This document shows positions 11,857 to 23,850 of a stretch of 36,438 bases of DNA, piece by piece. The translations under genes were made by a program, and so were the position numbers. The notes under the pieces were generated by a model. The model ran no database searches. It was not told the DNA's origin and saw only the letters and a list, made by a program, of their open reading frames with translations. The stretch is from positions 1-36,438 of the forward strand of contig NW_021829893.1 in the NCBI RefSeq assembly GCF_006345805.1. The letters run 5' to 3'. The first letter of the stretch is position 1. The number at the start of each line of letters is the position of its first letter. Origin of the DNA: Octopus sinensis (lineage: Eukaryota).

Positions 11857-11984
11857 GCTGATCTTTCCAAGTCCCTTTAAAAGGTGCAACTCTTTTGTCA
11901 AACGTATTCATCTCCTTTTGATGAAGACGCTAATGTCCTTCCTCTGAGGAATGGCGAAGTTTTGCAGCAACTGTTTTCTCCTAG

Positions 11985-12240
11985 TTTTTTTTTTTGTTGT
12001 CTCATCTTTCGCTGACCTATTGTCTCATTGGCAACTCAGGCAGCTTGTCTTTGTCTTGCAGCCTTTAAACGTTGTTCTTTCACCTTTTATGATTATTGAC
12101 TCCTGCTGAATGCATTTAAAAAAAATTCTTCTAATCGTTTTTTTCTTGCCTCTTGTGACTCATTGGCCTCCGTGCAGGAGCACTCCTTCGGTCATTTTCA
12201 TGTCTTTGCTGTCGTTGTGCAAGTGTCCCTAGTGACCTTA
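11985..12240 (-). pseudogene. Decayed coding fragment with STPR-like repeats, possibly a Helitron RepHel N-terminus
   Basis: Minus-strand frames give ANESQEARKKRLEE (12126-12167) and KEQRLKAARQRQAA*VANETIGQRKMR (12000-12080), resembling the ANETxEQRxxRL repeat. Broken by frameshifts and a stop. Confidence 0.4.
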
Positions 12241-12337
12241 CATACATTCATGCATACTTACACACACATATATACTTATGCATATAGAGCTGGATCGTTT
12301 TTATCAGCATTGCTATCTCTTCCGTCTCCCTCTCATA

Positions 12338-12378
<41 letters not shown>

Positions 12379-12379
12379 T

Positions 12380-12465
<86 letters not shown>

Positions 12466-12476
12466 GTTTATATCTA

Positions 12477-12681
12477 CAAAATTTTGAGGACTGACCACTA
12501 AAAGTGGACAGTCACTTATGTTCGTATATTCGTATATTTTCATTTGTCTTGCTTAGTTTTACACTTTGGTTTTTTGCTGAATTTTTTCTTTCGAAAACAT
12601 TCTTCGTGGAAAATGGCGATTTTGACGTTTCTATCTAGCATACAGGCTGTCCTCTTTAAGTGGTTAGTCCTCTAAATTTTG
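12477..12681. mobile_element. Tc1/mariner-type MITE
   Basis: Inverted repeats 12475-12513 and 12645-12683 (39 bp, 5 mismatches) with a terminal TA on each side; no coding capacity. Confidence 0.75.
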
Positions 12682-12761
12682 TATGTAAAAAGTTTTAATC
12701 TTCGGATTTTGTAAAAAATATGCTAGGCCACTGGTTTTAATTGATTTATATATATATATAT

Positions 12762-12830
<69 letters not shown>

Positions 12831-12854
12831 TTATATATATAATATATGTATATA

Positions 12855-12891
<37 letters not shown>

Positions 12892-12895
<4 letters not shown>

Positions 12896-13102
12896 CGGGA
12901 AGCTTTATGAAAATAGACAAAAGACGAAGGCAGGTGGGAAACAAACAAACAATTGTATTAGTATGGCGCTCAGGAATATAAATAAAACAAGCCTTTAACG
13001 TTTCGAGCCTACGCTCTTCAACAGAAAGATACACAGAGAGAAAAAAAACACAGAAAGAAGGAGAAAAAAAATGCGTGCAGTAACTAACGAATCAACATGG
13101 CG

Positions 13103-13103
<1 letters not shown>
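12892..13103 (-). mobile_element. Short Penelope-type remnant embedded in (TA)n, carrying a hammerhead-like motif
   Basis: Flanked on both sides by (TA)n. Shares cctgagcg...ctaatac and the gaagagc..gc(t/g)cgaaac motif with 15655-15835. PLE origin is inferred from the motif. Confidence 0.5.
12992..13029 (-). ncRNA. Minimal hammerhead-like motif (variant core)
   Basis: UCUUU CUGUUGA A GAGC GUAG GCUC GAAA CGUU^ AAAGG. Stem I 4 bp plus G.U, stem II 4 bp, palindromic ACGU stem III. Core has A6>U and an extra A. Confidence 0.5.
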
Positions 13104-13165
<62 letters not shown>

Positions 13166-13220
13166 ATATATTATATATATATATATTATATATATATATA
13201 TATGTAATATATATATATAT

Positions 13221-13845
<625 letters not shown>

Positions 13846-14051
13846 AGTAGTCCCTTGTAGCCCGAGATACATGGTTCAGCAATTTCTTGCTGAATAAGCA
13901 GTACAAATGGTTAGTTAATAGTGATCGAATTTATGTGCTACATATAATTACTTCACTCTTTCCATCAAATCATTGTTGCCTCAAATGTTTTACACTGTAC
14001 CATACGTCGTGTGTCGAAGTGCTCGCAGAAGCTACGTGAAATTGAAATGTT

Positions 14052-14418
14052 TAGCTGGGATCTTTTCAATATCGTGGCCAGGACCCCAGATCTTTCTAGT
14101 TAACTAAATAATTTGAAACTTCGTGTACTCATAGAGTGGAACTAGTTTATTCGCCAGTTGGAACTAGTTTATTTGAGAAAAATCTACTTTATGACTTTAA
14201 TCGTAGATTAAAACTGCGAATTTTAACCAATGAGATTGTTTGTTTTCATATGTAAAACGTTACTGCGATCTGTTAGTGTGACGTTGAAAGCAGTTTTGAC
14301 GTAGTCTGCTCTCTCTTTGTAAGTCTGTCTGCCTCCCCCTCTCTTACTATATTACATTTATCTTGCTTGAACTCATTGAAATAAAACGTCCTCCTTTTTT
14401 TCTGTCTGTCTGTCCTTT

Positions 14419-14455
<37 letters not shown>

Positions 14456-14570
14456 GTATATATGTATGTTCATATATGTATGTAAATATTTATGAAATAA
14501 ATAAACACACATATTCGTGCGGATGTATTAAATATCTAAAATGTGTGAGCCTTATATAATTAAACTGATG

Positions 14571-14619
<49 letters not shown>

Positions 14620-15007
14620 CGTGCGTGTAATGTATGTATAATTATATATATGCGTGTGTGAGCGTGTGTGTGTGTGTGTGTGATGAAAGGCAAAATCGAC
14701 CTCGGCGGAGATGCCACTTCTTAATAGCAAACGAAAGCGCTTTGTTTACATTTAAGATGTTTAATACGTCACGAAATTGGTGGTCGAGACGGAGTAAATA
14801 AAATAAAGCCGAATGACGGAATATCATTGGTTAAAATTCTAATTATTAAACAACGTTAAATTTAGAAGTTACAATTCCGTTTTCATTCTGGTTTACAATT
14901 AAGTTTACTTTTGACACATTCTACCAGTATACGAAGTTTCAAATTGTTTGGTTCAGTAGGAAAAATTTGAAAAAACTGGCTTCAGAATAGAAAAGATCCT
15001 TTAGCTG
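14052..15007. mobile_element. Non-autonomous DNA element with long degenerate TIRs and a microsatellite-filled interior
   Basis: Inverted matches 14111-14130 with 14926-14945 (19/20), 14218-14237 with 14820-14839 (19/20), and 14053-14067 with 14990-15006. True termini and TSD not resolved. Confidence 0.6.
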
Positions 15008-15015
15008 TAGAACAT

Positions 15016-15087
15016 AATGCACCACCCGGTCCTGAGATTGAAACCAATGAATCTCGGTCGTGATTGCAATACACTGACCACAAGGCT
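15016..15087 (-). mobile_element. tRNA-like SINE head fragment (family D)
   Basis: Reverse complement gtggtcagtgtattgcaatcacgaccgagattcattggtttcaatctcaggaccggg parallels the heads of 33413-33735 and 36077-36225. Confidence 0.5.
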
Positions 15088-15180
15088 GTTATTGTTTGTA
15101 TCTTTTATTCATTTAAATTTTTTTTTTACATTTTGTACCCATCCCTCATTTTCATCGATCTTATTTTATTATACTTTATC

Positions 15181-15570
15181 TTATTTCTGTATACACGCAC
15201 AGCTACATACACACACGTACATATAAACACACGCGCACAAATATACGCACACGTACACACGCGCATACACGTGCGCGCACACACACACATGCATACACGC
15301 ACATACACAACGCACATACACACACGTACACACACAGACGCACACACACAGATGCATGCACCCACTACACACAACACACTGAGATACAATAGATACATAC
15401 ACGCACACATACACACATACACACGTAGACCATTCCTCAATGCATATGTGAAGAGAAACACAACTACACACAAGACCACCACTCCTGTTACCATGCTGCT
15501 GAATTCTTCCTACAACATTAAGAGACACAAAGTTCACATACACACATACATATACACATACATACACTCA
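15181..15570. repeat. Degenerate (CA)n/(CATA)n/(CG)n low-complexity tract
   Basis: Direct reading; explains the H/T-rich and V/C-rich ORFs. Confidence 0.8.
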
Positions 15571-15699
15571 TGTACACACATACCTCCTCTTACACTCTCC
15601 CGTTTTAGAAAGAACTTTTCTCATCCATTCCCTTCCGGTCATTTCAAAATGTAACCACATCTCCGTCTTCCTTTTCTATTGCACTTTCTTTTGTCTCCT

Positions 15700-15734
15700 G
15701 TTTCCGAAGAAGAGCTTCGCGCGAAACATAAAAC
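15700..15734 (+). ncRNA. Decayed minimal hammerhead-like motif within a PLE-type remnant (15655-15835)
   Basis: GUUU CCGAAGA A GAGC UUC GCGC GAAA CAUA^ AAAC. Stem I is 4 bp. Core has U4>C, and stem III ACAU is probably CpG-decayed ACGU. Confidence 0.4.
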
Positions 15735-16050
15735 CACTTTTCTTTCCTTCCCTGAGCGTCTGCTAATACTTTACATGTACCACATCCTCGCGTTGTTGTT
15801 TTTTGTGTGTTTGTTCTTCATTTTTAAAAAATTTACTATATATATATATATATATATTTCTAAAATCACTCTAACAGACCAACGCAGCAGATGTACTGAG
15901 AAGTAATATTCGTAGCCACTTTACCATGGCTTCTCGTTCGATGTACAGTTGTGCATCGTTAACCAGCTAGTGGAGATGTCCTCGCGGGGTTAAAAAATCG
16001 CATTAAAGTCTGCTCGAACGGACAGCCATGTTAAAGTCACTATGAATATT

Positions 16051-16088
<38 letters not shown>

Positions 16089-16262
16089 TAAGAAAGTTTG
16101 TTTGGTAAAGCACGTGGGTGAATATATAAGAAAATAGTAAAGAGTGAAAAAACGACAGAATGCTTAAATGTTAAAAAATATATATATTTGTGTCAAAATG
16201 TCTGGAGAATATTGGAAAAATTTTTTTCCTTTCCTTAACATGACATAATTTCATAATTTTTA

Positions 16263-16301
16263 AAGAAATACCGGTTTCGCGTGTAGCTTTTCAAATTTCT
16301 T
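16263..16301 (-). ncRNA. Hammerhead-like motif in PLE left arm (atypical core)
   Basis: AAGAAA UUUGAAAA GC UACAC GC GAAA CCGGUA^ UUUCUU. Stem I 6 bp, stem II 2 bp, palindromic ACCGGU. Confidence 0.45.
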
Positions 16302-16545
16302 GTGACGTTATGTTTATATTGCATGGAGTTATCGTTGTGTTTATTTTCAAGAGATTTCTAAATAAGGGGAGATAGTGAGTGATTTCTTCCGGTGTAAGGG
16401 AGATAATCGCTTAAAAATTTTTTTCCCTTTCCCTTGTTAATTTCTCTGTGTCAGTATGTTTGTACTTTTGGGTTTGTATCATTCTATATTCTGGGAATGC
16501 AATCTGTTGTCGATGCAGTGTGCATCTACGCCTGAGTGATAGTCC

Positions 16546-16841
16546 ATGTCATTAAATGCTCGGGCTGCCACCAAGACTACGTGGGTTCCACGGGACTATC
16601 ACTCAGGCGTAGATGCACACTGCATCGACAACAGATTGCATTCCCAGAATATAGAATGATACCTTTTAGTGAACACATTGAGAAATGCGCAAAGCAACTA
16701 CTGCCACAATTTTTAATCTTCCCATTTTACCAATGTGCTTTCGGATCATCAACACAAATGAGACTGAACAAGGAAACATTCTTCATTGAAAAGTACAAAC
16801 CCAGACTCAACCATCCGAACATACTGACACAGAGAAATTAA
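16546..16841 (+). pseudogene. 5'-truncated GIY-YIG endonuclease domain (PLE)
   Basis: (Y)VIKCSGCHQDYVGSTGLSLRRRCTLHRQQI...RLNKETFFIEKYKPRLN, uninterrupted to TAA at 16839-16841. The ORF-track start at 16536 derives from the inverted arm. Confidence 0.88.
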
Positions 16842-16976
16842 CAAGGGAAAGGGAAAAAAAATTTTAAGCGATTATCTCCCTTACACCGGAAGAAATCACT
16901 CACTACCTCCCCTTATTTAGAAATCTCTTGAAAATAAACACAACGATAACTCCATGCAATATAAACATAACGTCAC

Positions 16977-17015
16977 AAGAAATTTGAAAAGCTACACGCG
17001 AAACTGGTATTTCTT
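16977..17015 (+). ncRNA. Hammerhead-like motif in PLE right arm (atypical core)
   Basis: Mirror copy of 16263-16301 with ACUGGU in place of ACCGGU. Confidence 0.4.
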
Positions 17016-17298
17016 TAAAAATTATGAAATTATGTCATGTTAAGGAAAGGAAAAAAATTTTTCCAATATTCTCCAGACATTTTGACACAAATATATATAT
17101 TTTTTAACATTTAAGCCTTCTGTCGTTTTTTCACTCTTTACTATTTTCTTATATATATATATACATATATATACATATGTGTGTATGTGTGTGTGTGTGT
17201 GTATCATATATTATGTATGAAGAAAACTAAAAAAAGCAAAGCAGAACTAGCATCTCAAGTCATTTAGAATAATTTAATTATGGTAAGGTGAATTTCAA

Positions 17299-17374
17299 GT
17301 CTTACAGCCGTTTCTGGTATAACCCAGATGGTAGGTTAGCATGATCACGCTTTCAGCATTCCGTCATCAGAGAC
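17299..17374 (-). ncRNA. Type I hammerhead ribozyme candidate with long stem II and palindromic stem III
   Basis: GUCU CUGAUGA C GGAAU...AUACC A GAAA CGGCUGUA^ AGAC. Stem I 4 bp, canonical CUGAUGA and GAAA, near-palindrome ACGGCUGU, GUA triplet. The 10.1-11.1 pair is C.A. Confidence 0.6.
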
Positions 17375-17609
17375 AAAGTATGAATATTTTAGGCAGGAAA
17401 ATTTTGAAGTTTTCAAAGAATAAAATTTACAGTTTATAAGGAATAAAATAGAAGAATAAAGAGTAAAGGTAATTAGAAGAAAAGAAGCAGGAGAATAACG
17501 TTCACAATTCATATTATTCCAGAGGATGTTGATCGGTATTTCCATGAGAGTACAGGTCCTTCATTAAAGTTCTTGGTAAATCCAGGTAGATATAATAATA
17601 TACACACAC

Positions 17610-18275
17610 TTTACTTTATTTTAAGACTTTCAGCTCGAGAGCCAGGGCCACACTGGTGCATCACCGTTAGTTTTGCTATAGTTTTACTAATTAACACCTC
17701 CTCTGACTGGCATTTGGTGAATGAGAGAGTTCGACGTTGCGACTCTGATCAGTGTTTATTGCTTCGAGGTATGTCCAACCGAAACTGTTGACAGGAAGGG
17801 ATCTAGTCTTGTTTTGAAGACGCCAACATCCACCCGGTGTATGCTTTTGGGGGGGGGGGATATTGATAAGAGGTAGATCCTTGAAACCTAATCTGGTAAA
17901 GAGTCTAGATGTCTATCCTGATAACAATGTTGGGATTTTTAGTACTATGCAGTAGTGCCCCGTTCTACATTTCGCGTAACTTACAATGAAAAAGTTTGGT
18001 ACAAGTTATTCACTGCATACATATCCCACCTTGTAGGGAGTAGAGTCTTAATATTCCCAGTCTCTCACGTTGAGTAGCTTCGCTAGATTGCTTCGAGTTC
18101 CTTCGTTATATTTACTCAGTGTGATGTTCATAGTCGGGAGCAGTAATCTAAACGGCAGAGGGCAAATATCCTCCCAAAACCACCATGGTTTCCTGTTCCC
18201 TCGTTCTGAAAGTTGTAGAGATCTATACGGCCAACTGCCTACATTTTATTGCCAACTTAGTAACATGCACCTTTT

Positions 18276-18278
<3 letters not shown>
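17610..18278 (-). mobile_element. 3' fragment of a CR1/L2-group LINE
   Basis: Minus strand reads [67 protein letters not shown] with stop TAG at 17687-17689. Short 3'UTR ending gctgaaagtcttaaaataaagtaaa. Confidence 0.75.
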
Positions 18279-18325
<47 letters not shown>

Positions 18326-18332
18326 AATACTG

Positions 18333-18368
<36 letters not shown>

Positions 18369-19116
18369 GTGTATGTACGTATGTATGTATGTATGTATGT
18401 ATGTATGTATGTATGTATGTATAAAACACCCGACAACTGATGAAGGGTCGCATTTTATGTTACTTGCCTTGTTTTCCATTTGTTTCTCTCGTTGTCCGCA
18501 TACCCAAGTTTGTCTTTGTATTTCATAGTTTTTACGTTTTGTAACGTCTTGTATCCATATATGCATATATATATATATCATATCATACATAACGCACTTA
18601 CATCGTTGATAAGCAAGACTGTGCAAAAATGCCCAATATATATTGCTGGGAGACGAAGAATCGTCCCAGTAGCATACAAAAAAGATTGTTTGCTCGCAAA
18701 AAATATTGCTTTTCATCGGTGTATATACATTTGATATGCTACATCGCTGACTATTTAAATGTAATAATGCTCCCATAGTGTACACCAGTTTTTTATGAAG
18801 TCTGTCAGGTATTTGCAATTCCGCAGGAGCAATCCATTATTGGAGGTGACAGATTTTATCTAGGTTTCTGCATGTTTACGTTATTGACAAGGCTCAGTAA
18901 GACCGAAGTGTAGCTGGTGTTCTCGCTAACCGCTGCCAGAAGAACGTTTCGTCTATATCTGACTGACATACACATACATTTTCTTAACGCACCACGTCTA
19001 TATAGCATTTAATGTCGAACGGAGACTGCAGTATCTAGGATTCAACGGCTAACACACACACACGCGCACACATACACACACACACAGACAGACACACACA
19101 CACACACACACACACA

Positions 19117-19158
<42 letters not shown>

Positions 19159-19778
19159 CGAGATATATTCGTATGGGTATGTAAGCATGAGTGATATACA
19201 TGCAGATTATAAGCATATGCAGATATTATATAGTGAAGTCCTAGATACCCCTAAGAATATGTAAATTTTTCTATATTCCTTCAACAGAATATTTTTGGTC
19301 TACTTTGTAAATATTTATATATGATTAGTTGTATCCTATATAATATAACCTTAACGTTCTCGTTGTTGTATATTACTGCAAACCCATAATTATTATAATT
19401 TCTTCAGCAATATTCAGCTCAGTCAGAATTTCAGTCTCATTATCTCAATCACCACTGAATGAGGTATATTATCTGAGGTAAATCGAAAGTAATGATCATC
19501 GGGTAATCTCGAATACGCTTCCCATCGTCTCTAGTGGTTGGTGCTTTCATCAGTGTTCTTTCGTTCGGATTGAATCGTTAAGAATATCGCGAATTACCTC
19601 AGAGAAATATACAATCGGAGACGAGAAATTTTGCGATAAAAATGAAAAGAAGCATAAAGAAGAACGATACGCAGCATTGTGAATCAAGGTAGGTTTAACA
19701 GGTGGAGTAGAAAGACTACACATACTAACACACACAAATACACACACAAATATACACACACATACACACATATATATA

Positions 19779-21804
<2,026 letters not shown>

Positions 21805-22339
21805 GAGAAACAATGATTATAGGGAGAGTGAATTCGTTATAGAAAAACAGATGAAGAATATGAGTGAGATGAAAACGCGACGCTGAAGTAAAAGTGTTAG
21901 TAAATAGAGAGAATATATAAGAAATGAGACAAAGGCGGGGTTGGAGGTTTAGAAACAGCGACATAAAGACTTCTTTGTGTTCCTTTGTATGAAGTACATT
22001 CATATTAGCTTCATTAGAATTTTGATGACGTCTGTTTCTTCACACTTATCTATCATTTTTATATTTTTCTCAGTCCCAGGTGTAGAAATTCTATCGATCA
22101 GATCAATCAAAGAAGTTAGCCAAACATACAATTAGATTAGGATCTGTTTATGGCCCTCTAGAAGTCCGTTTACATCTAAGCGTTCGTTTCACTTGCTTGC
22201 TTGTTTGACGCAATCAGTCCTGACATGCCAAAATGAAAACCATTTCACTGACGAAAGACGTTGTGTGTTTAACATCCACAAGCAAGATGCTGGCGTTTTA
22301 AATCATTAACTCGGCCATTCCGTGGAAACTAACATCACC

Positions 22340-22720
22340 GTTACTTCCATTGCCAATGACAACAATAATAACAACAATAACAATAACAGTGGTGACAACA
22401 ACAATAGCAACTGCATCAGTCACGACAACACCGACATGACCACTGCAATGACTATAAACGCAGTTGCCAATGACAACAATTATCATAGCCATAAAATGGC
22501 AGCGACAACTGTACCAACTGCAACAACAACAACAGTAATAGCTGTACAACTAACATAGCAAAACAAAAAGAACAACTGTATGAAGTGCAGCAGAAACACA
22601 ACACATTAAACTCAAGCATCATTATCACATCTTCCATCCTACTCATCATCATCATCATCATCATCTTTACCATTAAAATCTACAATACCATCACCAACAG
22701 CATCATTAATCAACTATCTA
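22340..22720. repeat. Degenerate (CAA/CAT/AAT)n low-complexity tract
   Basis: Direct reading; gives N/T-rich and V/I/M-rich ORFs with no domain signal. Confidence 0.75.
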
Positions 22721-23394
22721 GTTAAATGTCTCAGAGTAAACCATTTTCATCCCACATCACCGAATCCTTCCTCCTCCTCGGCATAGCTTCAAATTTTGCC
22801 TTGGTCAGTCTTGTCTAAGCAGACGAATATTCAAAGTAATTCAACCAATGGCCATTTTGTCATCTCAGAAATATTATTTCCTAGATGACACTATAAAATA
22901 TTCTGCTTGAAGGTTATAGGTTGAAAATAACATTTTGCTTCCTTCCCATCAGTCCAATAAGTCATGTAAACGATGCCCTGCCTCCGAACTAAAACATAAC
23001 AAATAAAAATCCTGTAAGATTTGTGCCTTATTTCGAGTAGGTCTTGAGTAAAACTATGAATTTTATCATGAATGTTATCCTGCAATTTTCTAAATTTATT
23101 GTATTTGATACCCAAACATATTTTTACCAACTATGGCACTTATCCCTCTGTAGTATTGGGAATAGGCAACCGTCGAGCAGCCGCCGTTCCCTGTATATGG
23201 TCTGTCATCAAAACTGGATCTTGATATAATTCTGAAAGCGGCGTGAAGACAATATCTTTTATTTAAGAAATAATAAAATAAATTCCAACATGATTATGAA
23301 TAACAATGCAAATCAATAGTGACGACAGCAAATTTACCACAAGCAAAAAACTGAGAAATACATCAAATGTGCCGCGCTGGAACGAAACCTCGTT

Positions 23395-23850
23395 GATACT
23401 CAATTTGCCAAAATAGAAGCCAGGTCTAAGGATGATGTAATACTAGATTTTATGCATTTCGAAAAATTCAGGATGGTCGTGATGGCTGGTATATTTTGAA
23501 CACTTTAACCGCTACGGTCTGTAACTGGAACTTACCGGTGACGCTAGTATTTATGTTTTATGTTTGTTTCGTTTCCAGTCACACTGCATACTGTGTAATT
23601 AAAAATAATTTGTTTTTTCTTTCATTTTTACATTTCATTATTAGACTTTAGTGTTGAGCACTCATGTTATTTAAATATCCTCGAAATAATGTCACAGTAC
23701 AGAATGAAATATTTTCTCAAATTATGAAACTGGACTACCGGTGGTGCATATGGCTGTTGTTCGAAGTTTGCGATGAATCACCGGTCGTACATGTGGCGGT
23801 TAACGTGTTAATCATAGATCTTCTCTATGAATGTTGATCAGAGGTAAAGA
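23395..23850 (+). mobile_element. Family-C repeat 3' part interrupted by a MITE
   Basis: Removing 23501-23807 and one TSD copy restores gctggtatatttt(g/t)aatcatagatc, matching gccggtatgcttttgatcacagatc at 27602. Confidence 0.5.
23501..23807. mobile_element. piggyBac-like MITE
   Basis: 15-bp TIRs cactttaaccgctac (23501-23515) and gtggcggttaacgtg (23793-23807), 13/15. Flanks TGAA (23497-23500) and TTAA (23808-23811). Subterminal ACCGGTG motifs. Confidence 0.65.

Larger units (their letters stand above)
16085..17156 (+). mobile_element. Penelope-like retroelement 3' end with an inverted upstream copy (foldback)
   Basis: GIY-YIG endonuclease fragment. Outer inverted arms 16122-16460 and 16818-17156 (339 bp, 4 mismatches by manual count). 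Inner arms 16476-16545 and 16593-16662 (70 bp, perfect). (TA)n at both ends. Confidence 0.9.

Noticed and set aside
18437-18460. CTGATGAAGGG motif
   Set aside because: No downstream stem II, GAAA or stem III.
18880-18965. TTGACAAGG..GACCGAAG and reverse GTC..GAC-GAAACGTT motifs
   Set aside because: Each has only half of the hammerhead core.
19505-19556. CUGAUGA...GAGAC/GAAGC on the minus strand
   Set aside because: No intact GAAA, and stem I does not pair; at most a decayed remnant.
22298-22673. Asn/Thr-rich or Val/Met-rich ORFs suggesting a low-complexity protein exon
   Set aside because: Degenerate trinucleotide repeats open in several frames; no splice signals or domain.
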